From: a plasmid | DNA length: 64,000 bases | Sequence record: CP113993.1 | Strand: one strand, 5' to 3' | Shown here: in pieces, positions 35,589 through 46,878 of the stretch | Numbering within the stretch: the first letter of the stretch is position 1 | Layout of the letters: each line of letters begins with the position of its first letter | Program-made: the position numbers and the translations under genes | The notes under the pieces: generated by a model | The model's input: only the letters and a program-made list of their open reading frames with translations | Databases searched by the model: none | Told to the model about the DNA's origin: nothing

Positions 35589-38450
35589 GTGAATCCCCCT
35601 TTACTGCGTTCCTATAATGCCGTTATCAAACATACGTTATCCCAAGCAAAAAAATCCAGAACAACGAAACACATTGCCGGTTTTTGTCAGTTACAGGGGC
35701 CCACGGGCAGTGGAAAAACTAGCGCTCTCTACCGTTCTGGCTTCGCCGATAACGTCCCTCCGGCGTTGGAGACAATAAAAAAATCAGACTCTCAGGCCAT
35801 TCTGGTTACCCATCGCTGGAATATACTCCACGACATTTACGAAAAAACAGGTTCGCATGAAGACAGTAATGGAAAACCATTTAACGTTAGTGTGCTTTAT
35901 GCGCAGGATGAACAAATTGTTTCTGCAATCGAGGTTACGCCACTACCTCATGAGAAAGATATTTCCGCAGATTCACTCCCGGATCCCTTTAATTCCATCA
36001 ACGAACTTGAGGGAAAAAACTTATTTGTCGACCCAGATATTGCAGACAAACTGCGTAAGAATTGCAGGAATATCCTGTATATCAATAAATTATTGAAAGG
36101 ATACCCGGCACATTTACGTGCAGCTATCGCCAGTGAAAAAGAGGCGTTAATAAAATCATGTGCGGCAGTTGAGATATCGTTAATTCAAAATATCAAATTG
36201 CTGGAAAAAGAAGCCAGGAAGCAAAAAGAAAAATATGGTGAAGAACATGAACTCTTGCAGGCCGCCAAGCAACGAGTTGATGACTTCCGTCGTCATGCCT
36301 GGGTCAGACGCATTCTGCCCGCCATCGCTTGGCGCGACGAAAAACAACACCTGCTGATTATGACAACCCAAAAGCTCGTTTCATCATTTTACGATGGGCG
36401 GCGCAAAGTACGAATGTCCAGCAAAGAGCTGCGCAATTATGTCATTTTTATTGATGAATTTGATTATCAGGCTGAGGTACTACAGGAATATCTGGCGCAA
36501 GCTCAATGGGTTCAGGAACCGCCTGAATGCTTGGGGCAGTTACTCGAGGGGGGACGCAGATTACTGCAACGAATGCAGTATGTTGAAACAGCACCTGCCC
36601 CGATGATCCGTGAACGTCTTGGGACATTTCTTAACAAACTGGATGACGCCTTAAAAGGAAAAAAATTGATTTAACTCATGCCAGATCGCTAGTAATTCCT
36701 CTGCAAAGATATCTGGATAATAAACCCTTCGGTGAACATTATTTATTTCGCTCCGATCAACTGGTAACCAGTGAGCGCCTTATCATGCGACAGGCTGAAC
36801 ATGGCTACGAAATTATCAGACCAGATTCCTCATTTCAGGATAACGATCAGGCTATCGACATCAGTGATTTTTTGCGCCTGATGGAAAAGTTTATTCGAAA
36901 GTTCAGTCTGATGTTAACGGACCTGACAGCCAGCGAAGATGAAACGTATGAATACATCAAAAAGTTAACCCGACTTCTGTTCGACCCGGTTAATGACTAC
37001 AGACCGTCATATTATGGTTCAACCCTGCCAAATATGTCCCGGTTTTTGTTACCACGTACCGATCTGCCTGAACTGCGGGAACTAAGAAAAAGTAATATTT
37101 TGCCCAATACACATGCCAGTATTTTTGGGTTAACTAACTGGTTGCTGAAACAAAATGTTGTGGATACCGATATCGATCCATTACGAATACAGATCAAGCG
37201 TGCGTTCTTGCCAACAACAGCAGAAGGTTTACTACTGTCACTAGCCAGCCGTAATCTCGTTTTTGCACTGTCGTGCCACATCATATATTGAAAGAGCCTG
37301 CAACCACTTTGATGTCCGGTGGATAAACTCAGCCTTACGCTATATTGCAGAAGCACGTAACCCTACAGTTACGGAAAGCTTTCTCGGAACTACTTTTGAA
37401 AACCGACCTGATTCCTGGTTTAAAGAACCGATGCCCTACGTTCAGACCGATGATGACCTTCAGTTACAAAATACCGCGATTGAAGAAATCAATCGCAGCA
37501 AGGAAAGCATCAGAAAGACACAACTGAATACTGAGATCCATGATTTTAATAGAACAAAGAACAGCCCGCATTCAGCCGATCTTCTCGCTTCTCTGCCCCC
37601 CGATTTTTTCCAGAATGATGATGAACCTTCAACAGATTTCGAATCAGAATATCGCCAGAATATTCTACTTAAACTGCTTGATGTGCTGGATCTAGCAGGA
37701 AAAAGGCCTCAGCACCGAGGGCATCTGGCTTTTGTTAATTCCATATCTTATTTAAGAAAATGGCTAACCGCTGCAATAGCGACACAAAGCAGAGATTGCC
37801 TCACATGGTTAAAGCTGGATCCGCCTTTATCCGACAATCTTCTGCTGAAGAATTTTACTGATGTATTTATCCCGTTGACTATACATAACGAGCCCGCACT
37901 AATCTGTCTGTTAACCGCAGAATGTCAGAAAAGAAAGGGCTTCCGTGATGCCTATCAGGCTGCATTTGCTTCCCGACGTATTGTTATTGTGCTGACACAA
38001 ACTGCCTCTGCCACCAACGGTATAAATCTGGATTTCAGCCTGCCTGAATCCGGCAAAAATATGGATTTGACCTGTTTATATTTACTGGAATCACGGCATT
38101 TTTACTTTTCCGCTTTCCAGACCATTGCAGATAGCAATGATGATATGGCACATGCAGGCTTCCAGTTACGCAATCTGGAAAAACTACTACGAGCAGGGGA
38201 AATTTCACGTAAACAGCATCAGCGCTTCATCCTGCCACTGATGTTGAACAGGAAGAACGAAATCTCCCGGTTAAACGGAGAGTATAAGAGAACCAGCGAT
38301 TATATAAAAAATACGGCAGCCAATGTTCAACAGCAGGTTGGTCGTATTGAGAGAGCCTGGTGTGAAGTACCCAACGCTGAGATTCACCTTGATGCTGAAC
38401 TAGCAAAAGACCTGTCCCGCTTTGCTTCATTACCTATCTATACCCAATAA
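35589..38450 (+). pseudogene. large (~950-codon) SF2-helicase-like ATPase split into three ORFs by frameshifts at A7 and T5 homopolymers; candidate defence gene
   Basis: motif I GPTGSGKTSAL (res ~37), motif II VIFIDEFDY, motif V LTQTASATNGINLD, motif VI QQVGRIERAW; frame 0 to 2 switch at A-run 36659-36665, frame 2 to 0 switch near T-run 37260-37264; AT-rich (~40% GC) relative to surroundings. Confidence 0.5.
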
Positions 38451-38453
38451 ACC

Positions 38454-39517
38454 TCAAGATGCAGATTTCAGCACCTGAAAGTGATCATTAATTCGGGATG
38501 ACAGAGAACCTGCTATATCCGGCAGCGTCTGGTTAAAAAACTCAGATATTGCGTCCCTGAATTCCTTCGTACTACTGAAGTAACGATTATTCCGCGCATG
38601 TTCGTTCATTAACTTCCACATTCGCTCTATCGGATTCAGGTTCGGACTGTAAGGTGGAAGATAATGTAGCCTGATATTTACCACCTCCGCCCAGTCTTTC
38701 ACTAACTGTGAACGGTGATAACCTGCGCCATCCAGAATAACGTGAATTTTCTGGTTGTAATCAGGATAAACCTTTCGTATCTCATTGAAAAAACGGGATA
38801 CGTTATATTCATTAATCGTTTTATATTCGCAGATTAGCGGGTATTCCGGGGTCTTCAGATTCAGCGCCCCCATGATATTCAGCCGCGTACGACTGCCTGT
38901 TGTTTTTACTGCTTTTTTTCTGGCCTTTGCATATCCAGCCGTAGCTGATTTTTAGTGGCCTGAGTTGGATGGACTCCATCAATAAAAAGAACCGGTTCAT
39001 CACCCACGGTTTCTTTCAGTTCCTCATAATATTCAATAAATTGTCTTTGTTTCTCTTCACTGAACTTATGGGGGACGCCTGACGGCTTTTTGTAAGTGAA
39101 GCCGTTACGATGCAGCCACTTGTTCATGCCCGGAACGCTGAAAACGATGTTCCATGTCCGGGCAACAAACGCAATAACATCGCGGGCATGGTGAAACAAA
39201 TTATCGGTTAACTGACTGATTAAAAAGGCTGTTTGTTCAGCACTGAGTTTACTGTCTGAGCCGCCGTTTTCGGGCTTCAGCTTCCCTTTGTTCAGAAACT
39301 CGCTGATATGGTGGTCAACGGTCGTCTGATGCAGGCGCAAAGCCTGAGCAATCATGGCAGAACTCCAGCCTTCGGAGGCCAGAAGAATGGCTTTAATACG
39401 ATCCCTGACTCGCCCGTCACGACTGGAATCGTGAAGGCGCTCAAGTTCAGCTTTTTGTTGGTCAGTGATGAATATTTTCATGGTGAGCAGCATGATCTCC
39501 TGTTGCCGAAAAATCAA
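38454..39517 (-). mobile_element. IS630-family (Tc1/mariner-type DDE) insertion sequence, transposase in two ORFs
   Basis: ORF 38906-39517 (HTH part, MKIFITDQQKAELERL...) and ORF 38454-38873 (DDE part VILDGAGYHRS...LPPYSPNLNPIERMW). Confidence 0.75.
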
Positions 39518-40023
39518 GCATCTTCAATGATCACGGGTATATTATTGTAAATATGTGAGGAACTCATAACAATCTCACCCTGCCTGTTCATATACCCCCC
39601 GTCAGCACCCACCAGACCTGAAATACTGATTAACTGTTCAATATCAAATACGGGGGCTGGTTTTATAAAAACCAGTTCGGTGTAGGTATGTTTATCCTGC
39701 CAGAATAGTCTGACCTGATAATGAAGCATATACTTTATATCAGAAGAAATTACCCCCATTTTTTCTAAAGCGGTAATATCATAAGTCTGAATTTTCTTAC
39801 TTTCTTCTGTTACCGGCCAGCTGAATTGCGCTACACTGCCTGCTATGTATGACAGTTGTTTGGCAATCAGATTCGCTGTTGTAAATTCACGCTCCTGATG
39901 GAGATAATAAACCCCGCCCAGAACCCCTAGCACAAACAGAATAATAACAAAAGCCACTTCTATTAATGTGAATGCCCGTTGAGACTGCTTTTTTTTACTG
40001 AGGTGATTCATCTGCCACACCAT
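39514..40023 (-). CDS. type IVb pilin-like protein (prepilin-type N-terminus), 3' end abutting/possibly altered by IS630
   Basis: 169 aa; class III signal-like QRAFTLIEVAFVIILFVLGVLGG with Glu+5; stop codon overlaps IS630 transposase start. Confidence 0.5.
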   Translation of the reverse strand: MVWQMNHLSKKKQSQRAFTLIEVAFVIILFVLGVLGGVYYLHQEREFTTANLIAKQLSYIAGSVAQFSWPVTEESKKIQTYDITALEKMGVISSDIKYMLHYQVRLFWQDKHTYTELVFIKPAPVFDIEQLISISGLVGADGGYMNRQGEIVMSSSHIYNNIPVIIEDA

Positions 40024-40078
40024 GTTTTATTTTCTGCCGCACAGTGGTATCACGACTCCTTCCGGGGGATAGTAGTTT

Positions 40079-40507
40079 TCAGGATATATTTTTATGAAAC
40101 AATTTCACATACCTCGCCTTAACCTTCTTGATATATCGTTTTTTCAAGCGAAGTGTACTGGAGTGATAACGCCCCACGCCTTCCCATAAATCACCATTTT
40201 CAAGAATAATGGAGCGCTTAAGGATCCAGGTACCGACCTGAATATTAAAACAGTCATCATTCTTTAGAACCTGATAGGCCCTGTCACTATCAGAGTCAAA
40301 AAAAACTTTGCTGACCAAAGATAACCAGGCACCGGTATTGATCTGCATTATGCCCAGATCTTCTGTATTATTTTTATTTGCCACCGCCAGACCATGCCGT
40401 CCCCCCTCTACAGAAATGATACTGGTAATAATTTCTGCAGGAATATGATTTACCGCGGCCGCCTGAATGAGGCATATGTAAACAGGGATCAGACCAGAAA
40501 CAAACAT
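40079..40507 (-). CDS. lytic transglycosylase (SLT domain; BfpH/PilT(R64)-like)
   Basis: ISVEGGRHGLAVANKNNTEDLGIMQINTGAW resembles the SLT catalytic region; start chosen at internal Met to limit overlap. Confidence 0.5.
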   Translation of the reverse strand: MFVSGLIPVYICLIQAAAVNHIPAEIITSIISVEGGRHGLAVANKNNTEDLGIMQINTGAWLSLVSKVFFDSDSDRAYQVLKNDDCFNIQVGTWILKRSIILENGDLWEGVGRYHSSTLRLKKRYIKKVKARYVKLFHKNIS

Positions 40508-41247
40508 GCCATAAATCCTAACGCAAGTGCCGGCCCCATTGGTGAATACCGCATTCCTTTTAACCGCAGCGGTAGCGCATAGGAAATAAACGACAGCGAG
40601 GTAATAAGTAAAAACAGATGTAACATTTCCAGACCTAACCATGCACCAGCTGCGGTAGCCAGTGCAATATCCCCCCCGGCAAATACATCCTCTTTTTTAA
40701 CCAGCCCCGTGATCAACATCGATAAATACATTACAAAAAAGGCTAACATCGCGCCCAGAATACGCATTTCAGGTAAAATACAGAACGGAGAAAAGGCAAG
40801 GCCCAGCCAGAACAACGGATACGTGACAATCGCCGGAAGCCAGTGCTCATAAATATCAATTAGTGATAAAAAGAGCAGACTCAGAAAGATCACAATAGCC
40901 CACAATGCCGTATACATACTACCAAAGTAGATGAATATACAGACCCCTCCACATCCGCCAGCCAGTTCTAATACAGGATAACGTCTCGGAATTGGACGAT
41001 GACAGTGAGAACATCTTCCCTTTGTCAGGAAAAAAACAATAACAGGTAACAGGTATAAAAATTTTATCCGCTTTCCACAATAATTACACTGTGACGGCGG
41101 TGAACATATAGTAAATTTCTTCCGGGGATTGTCCCGCCACCCCAACTGATGTGGTAAACGTTCTGCCGCCAGACAGCAAAAGCTGGTGATCGTTGCACAT
41201 ACGATAAAGACAAAAATAATCTGAAGCACAGGAAAATCTTGGAACAT
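40489..41247 (-). CDS. prepilin peptidase (A24 family; PilD/BfpP/PilU-like)
   Basis: 252 aa; N-terminal tetra-Cys CNYCGKRI...CSHCHRPI, conserved GGDIALATAAGAWLG Asp motif, multiple TM helices. Confidence 0.8.
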   Translation of the reverse strand: MFQDFPVLQIIFVFIVCATITSFCCLAAERLPHQLGWRDNPRKKFTICSPPSQCNYCGKRIKFLYLLPVIVFFLTKGRCSHCHRPIPRRYPVLELAGGCGGVCIFIYFGSMYTALWAIVIFLSLLFLSLIDIYEHWLPAIVTYPLFWLGLAFSPFCILPEMRILGAMLAFFVMYLSMLITGLVKKEDVFAGGDIALATAAGAWLGLEMLHLFLLITSLSFISYALPLRLKGMRYSPMGPALALGFMACLFLV

Positions 41248-42205
41248 TTTGTTTATGCCTGAATTTCACCATAGTGATACAATATACGGTAACTCACGTC
41301 ATAATAAGATAAAACGAGTTATCATTATACCCCATCCGGTTTCTGATGGACGAAAAATATCCTTCCCATGTGAGAGTATTTCCTCTCCGTTCACAATCAC
41401 TTTTCCTGGTCTTTGATCTTTCCATTTCCGGCACGCTACCGCCCCTGAAAAAACATTCAGTCCGAACTTTTATTACATGAAAATGACACTAACCACTAAC
41501 TCAAACTGTTGTTAAGCATATATTTTTCTCACACAAATAACATCGTAAACCGGTTTTATTGCGTGTATTGAAGATTTAATTTCGTAATATATTTAATCCA
41601 TCCAGAATTACTGAACGGATTCAGCCGAGACGCCTTTATTTTACTGACCACGGTGACAAATCAGCGTTTTTTCTGATTAGGTTCGATAATCCCCGATGCA
41701 ATATCCGGAATAGATGTTCTTGGATATGGAACCGCCCGATATAACACAGCATCGAATGATTCAGAGTCTGACTTGATGGCTTTGAGCCAGCCCATTCACA
41801 TAAGATCAGCAAAAACTGCATGACCTTCATACCGACGGCACACGCCGTCACTAAGCAAGTTGTGCTCCAGCTCCAGGCACGCCTGCCGCTCCTTTCTCCG
41901 GGGCATTCGGCATTCATAATAGCAGGGCCCTGCCAGAAGCCTCTTGGTGGCATCACTGGCAGACAACACGGCAAACACATCCTGCTGATTTTCCTGGCTC
42001 GACGTTGCTCCGGCTCTTCCTGACCCTGCATGTCATCATGGGCTATCCTAAATCCGACAATTCCTGAAACTACCGCAGCATGTAATCTTACGACATCAGC
42101 GATACCTGTCAGGAATTCTGTCCAGCTGCCCCTGTTAACAGTGATCGCTCAGGTAATCACTGCACTCGATAATAAAAGGGCTCATTACCAGCGGTCAGTT
42201 CTGGA

Positions 42206-42496
42206 TCAGCATATTCCATTTTTTCGGCGCGTCGTTGATCGCCAGATATATAATCTTCCGTACCGGTCAATTGTCGGGAATACGTTGCGTTTCTTGATGG
42301 CAACCCTGATCACGCTGTGCAACGATTCGATAGCATTCGTGGTGTAGATGTCCCCTGGCGGATAACTGAAGAGCGTATTGAGGCTTTCCCTGTCGGCACG
42401 CCAGCTTTTGCTGATGTGCGGGTACCTGTCGTCCCGGACTTCTGCGAACGTATCCAGTAAATACTGTGTCTGCTGCCCACTTTTATCAGGCTTCAC
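42206..42496 (-). pseudogene. IS256-family transposase fragment
   Basis: SKSWRADRESLNTLFSYPPGDIYTTNAIESLHSVIRVAIKKRNVFPT. Confidence 0.55.
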
Positions 42497-43264
42497 TGCC
42501 CGAAGTCATTGATAACGACTGTGCGCCGACACGCCGGATCGTTCAAATACTTCAGCGACAGAAAGGTTGCAGACCATGTCAGCCATCCTTCCTGTAACGC
42601 TCCGCGCCCCGTATCTGTGCAGCCTGATAAAAAGCCCCGTTCCTCGGGAGAGCTCCCCACACGCTGGCATGCCTGAGTGGCAGTACTCCGGCCAGCAGGT
42701 TCATACCCGCCTCGACATCAGTGTCAGGTTCGCCACAGGACAACATCGGTAATCGGTTCATTGCGGAAAAAAGCCATTGCCCCTTCCGGATTACCATATC
42801 ACCCGATAAACAATGACAGCGAACAGTCGCATGCACAGAAAACGTCAGGTAGTCGTGTATCCACCCAACGGGAAGATGCCCTGAAAAAGTTGTGCAGTTT
42901 GCGGGGATATAAGCGGAGGGGCGCTGAAATTAAACAGATAGTTGAGTGCGGCCATTCTGCTTCCAGCGTGGCATCATGTCCTGGTGTCACTACCCCAGGC
43001 TTTACGCCCGGGTAAAAAAGTACAGTCCTCTGCTACGAAGGCTCCCCTTCCCTTTCACAACACCCATGACCCGTCTGATGATGCTATATCACTACTGCAG
43101 TTATTTTGGCGCAGTATAAAACGATATCAGTCATTCACCATCCAGTAATGATTTCACACATTTTATTTACGTCTGCCGTTATTTATAATCACTGTCAGTC
43201 GCTATATACCTATCATATGACAGGGTCTCTTGGTCACCAGAAAGGGGTTACTCTGTTCAGATAA

Positions 43265-45145
43265 TTACAGCGCAACCACCCGGTTGATTTCAACAACAAG
43301 ATTACTGGGCAGATAATAGTAGTCGGTAACGTGAGCGCTGTTGCGTAGCATGATTCTGAAAATTTTCCGCTGCCAGGCAGGGAAAACGTTGTTTCGTTTT
43401 TTCAGCATCAAAGATTCATGACCAATGTAATAAGTCATTTTCTTGAAATTCATCTGGCAACGCTCGAACTCAGCGCCACTCAACAACTGAGGAATATTGG
43501 GATGTTCCATAAAACCATAGTGCGCGCTGCAGCACCACAAACCAGAAGCTTTTTGAAGCAGGGTTAACCGGTTTTTTGAGGCGACATAAGGCACATCATC
43601 AATAAGAATGGTTAATAATAAAACATTATTGTGCAATGAGCCATTACGCTCAACGTGCAGCCGCATAACTGATGGAACCCCGGTCACAGTACGGGAAAGA
43701 AACACCGCTGTTCCCGGTATTCTCGGGATCGCCTGTTCCTTGAGGGAATGCATAAAACCCGTAAGCGAAATCATGGAATCCTGTGTCTTCCGGTGGACAA
43801 TATTGCTGCCCTTGTGCCAGATTTGCATCAGGGTGAAGATAATTATAGCCAGCAGTAATGGAATATAACCGCCATCGATCAGTTTGGTCAGATTCGCGCA
43901 CAGGAATAATAAATCAGTACACAGAAAAAAACCCGCGGTTAACAGGCTGACAGGGAAGGGCCACTTCCAGATTTCTCTCATAGAGATAAACAACAATGAC
44001 GATGTCAGAGCCATGGCGAGGGATACTGCAACACCGTAAGCTGAAGCCAGATTTTCTGAGGTCTTGAAAAAAATAGCCAGCAGCAGGGTGGCGGACATCA
44101 ACATAAAATTGATGCTGCCAATGTAGATTTGGCCATAACTCTCCTTAGTGGTTTGCAGAATCTGCAGACGTGGCAACCAGTTCAGTTGAATGGCCTGCCG
44201 GGTCATAGAAAATGCGCCGCTTATCACAGCCTGACTGGCGATGATGGTGGCCAGTGTGGCGAGAATCACCAGGGGAATTAACAACGGAGGTGGGCACAAC
44301 AGATAGAAGATATTCTGGCTGTAATTGACGCCCGACAACACCATCGCCGTTTGCCCCGCGTAATTCAGCAACAGGCTGGGAAACACAATACAAAACCATG
44401 CAAACCGGATCGGTTTACTCCCAAAGTGCCCCATATCCGCGTACAGCGCTTCTGCCCCCGTCACACACAGAAAGACACCACTGAGCACTGCAAAATTTAT
44501 GATGCCATGTCTCAGCAAATAGGTAACCGCATAGAGAGGATTGAGTGCTGACAGTACATCCGGATAGAGGAGTATGCCTCTGATACCCAGCAGGGCAATA
44601 CAAAGAAACCATAACATCATTATCGGGGAAAACAGTTTACTGATTTTAGCCGTCCCCAGATGCTGCAGGGCAAATAATAATAACAGAATTACTACAGCCG
44701 CAGGCAAAATATAGCGACTGAGTTGCGGCATCACCAGTTTGACACCCTCAAGTGCGGAGAGTACGGAGATGGCTGGCGTAATCGCGCCGTCGCTGTAAAT
44801 CAGTGCAGCACCAAACAGTGCAGCGATAACAATAGCAGGGCGGGAACGTTTATAGCAGCCCAGCAGTGACATTAATGCCAGAATACCACCTTCCCCATGG
44901 TTATCAAGTCGCATGACGCATAAGGCATACTTCAGTGAAGTTATAATGACCATGGTCCAGAATATCAATGACAGTAACCCCAGAATCTCAGTAGCAACAT
45001 GGGGATTACCGGCCAGGACCAGTACCGTTTTCATGGTATATAACGGACTGGTACCAATGTCACCAAACACGATACCCAGAGCACAAAACGCCAGAGCAGG
45101 AAGGTGTTTACTGGTTGGTAAGTCGTTACCCTTATACTCTGCCAT
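43265..45145 (-). CDS. kup: Kup/HAK/KT-family K+ uptake transporter
   Basis: 626 aa; signature GIVFGDIGTSPLY near N-terminus, 12 TM core plus cytoplasmic C-domain, length as E. coli Kup (622 aa). Confidence 0.85.
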   Translation of the reverse strand: MAEYKGNDLPTSKHLPALAFCALGIVFGDIGTSPLYTMKTVLVLAGNPHVATEILGLLSLIFWTMVIITSLKYALCVMRLDNHGEGGILALMSLLGCYKRSRPAIVIAALFGAALIYSDGAITPAISVLSALEGVKLVMPQLSRYILPAAVVILLLLFALQHLGTAKISKLFSPIMMLWFLCIALLGIRGILLYPDVLSALNPLYAVTYLLRHGIINFAVLSGVFLCVTGAEALYADMGHFGSKPIRFAWFCIVFPSLLLNYAGQTAMVLSGVNYSQNIFYLLCPPPLLIPLVILATLATIIASQAVISGAFSMTRQAIQLNWLPRLQILQTTKESYGQIYIGSINFMLMSATLLLAIFFKTSENLASAYGVAVSLAMALTSSLLFISMREIWKWPFPVSLLTAGFFLCTDLLFLCANLTKLIDGGYIPLLLAIIIFTLMQIWHKGSNIVHRKTQDSMISLTGFMHSLKEQAIPRIPGTAVFLSRTVTGVPSVMRLHVERNGSLHNNVLLLTILIDDVPYVASKNRLTLLQKASGLWCCSAHYGFMEHPNIPQLLSGAEFERCQMNFKKMTYYIGHESLMLKKRNNVFPAWQRKIFRIMLRNSAHVTDYYYLPSNLVVEINRVVAL

Positions 45146-45727
45146 TAAACAAATCCTTTTAGTAATACATCAACGGTTAACAATGCCTTTACTAAAGGCG
45201 AGCAACCTGAATGCTAAATTTTCTCATTTACATCATTTGTAAGTAGTCTGACGGATATAACAATGAAAATATGCCAGTAGCTGATATCAATAAGATATGG
45301 ACCGTCACCGAGGCCTCGAATCTCACACCTACAACCTCTGAGTTAATTGCTCTGTCCAGATGAGCTGGTAACGCATAACTGATGGTGATTAGTATCACGC
45401 TCCCTATGGGCAAGAGATGATACACAGAACCAGTATCTGTTTCACTACCCGGAAATAAATCCCCTTCGGTCATGGCGATAGGTTCTGTGTCGTCATAGCC
45501 ACATTATTTCTGACTCTTACCTACATTACACATAAAACAACCATGATATCCTGGCTAAATTAACAAATGACAGTATATATGCCCCCCCTGCGGGTGTAAC
45601 CGTAATTGCATTTTATGATGACACCATTGCGCAATATGTGGAAAAACGGTGTCATCAACCTGACATATCCATATCGGTGATAGATTATTTTATTTGTCCC
45701 ACACGCTGTAGAATTATAAATTACATA

Positions 45728-45755
45728 CACTCCATAGCAGTACCGCTATGGAGTG
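45728..45755. terminator. 11-bp perfect stem hairpin ~70 bp 3' of small minus-strand ORF
   Basis: CACTCCATAGC-agtacc-GCTATGGAGTG. Confidence 0.3.
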
Positions 45756-45824
45756 GCAAGATACCAACTCGTTAAAAAATAACCTGAAAAGTTAAAAATC
45801 TTACCGTTTTAACGGTGTTGCCTC

Positions 45825-46091
45825 TTATCTGAACTGATGGGGGTTTTTTATACCTTTTTGTTCATAAATCCAGATATCCTCGATGCGACGGCTTAATGCT
45901 TCATAAAGATCATGCAGGGTGCTGACCCCCTCTTCATAATGTTGTGTGGCATACGGCACATCTGGCAAAACAGAAGCAGCACTGGTTCCATGTAATATTT
46001 CACCAAGAATTAACATAAAAAGTAATGGGAGTAAATGCACATTCAATTTTTTAAATAAAACCGGATCGATAAAAAATAATTTACGGTTCAT
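45825..46091 (-). CDS. hypothetical small secreted protein
   Basis: signal-peptide-like MNRKLFFIDPVLFKKLNVHLLPLLFMLILGEILHG; no family recognised. Confidence 0.25.
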   Translation of the reverse strand: MNRKLFFIDPVLFKKLNVHLLPLLFMLILGEILHGTSAASVLPDVPYATQHYEEGVSTLHDLYEALSRRIEDIWIYEQKGIKNPHQFR

Positions 46092-46878
46092 TGATACCTT
46101 TCCCGTTATAAACCACATTCATTTACAGCAAAACACTGCCTGGTATGTTAATCCTTATCTCCTGGGTATAATAGAGCACTACTATAAATGATAGTTTTCT
46201 CCATTATTGTCCTCTCCCTTGTCCAGCTCCTCTCATTCAGATGCCCCCCAGTTAAGCAGGGGTACGTTCTCAGACACTATATCTCTCTATGCCCCTACAC
46301 AGGAATGCCAGTATATTCCTAAACGCAGTAGTTTCAATAATATATGGTAAAAAAACGAAATAAAAAAAGTAATAAACGAAACCAATTACACTTTATATTA
46401 CTGATGTAACATCCTGACGAAAGAAAAATTATATAAAAGAAGAATATTTACAGGGGCAGATAATATAGACAATTATTATAATAATTGTAAAATATTGTTC
46501 AAATCATGAAAGGCAAAGCAGGCATGGTTCCGGGGAAAGCAGTCAGAAGCGCGCCTGTAGCACGAACACATCTCCCTGCTTTTTGCACAGTAAATGATTT
46601 ATTTTCTGCTGATTGCTACAGAAATTATTACTATCTGTATGCTAAGCTAGCGTCAGGATTCGAGTTTTATCCAAGCCAGTAGCCCGGTTGCGCTACGTGA
46701 AAACGGGAAGGGTTACAGGGGTGTACCAGGCCTGAATTCACGTAGCGCTCCTTTTCTCTTACTTAATAGCGTCTCCCCTTTGACTTCCGCTCCAGTTCCC
46801 CCGTCTCCGCTCTGGCCCTCCCTGAAGCCCTCCGTGTCTGTCTTCGTGCAAGATCCTCTGTAATCCGTGATTTACGGT

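Noticed and set aside
41636-42031. 131-aa minus-strand ORF and overlapping + ORFs near 41800-42350
   Set aside because: The translations are Cys/Trp-rich and overlap each other on both strands. The region looks like decayed IS sequence, adjacent to the IS256 fragment at 42206-42496. No family was recognised.
46685-46750. 12-bp perfect inverted repeat GCGCTACGTGAA...TTCACGTAGCGC with an internal GGTACA/TGTACC dyad, considered as a tRNA-like or att structure
   Set aside because: It has no cloverleaf and no T-arm consensus (GTTCGAATCC-like). It lies next to the degenerate IS3 copy and may be IS-end debris. The evidence is insufficient for an RNA gene call.
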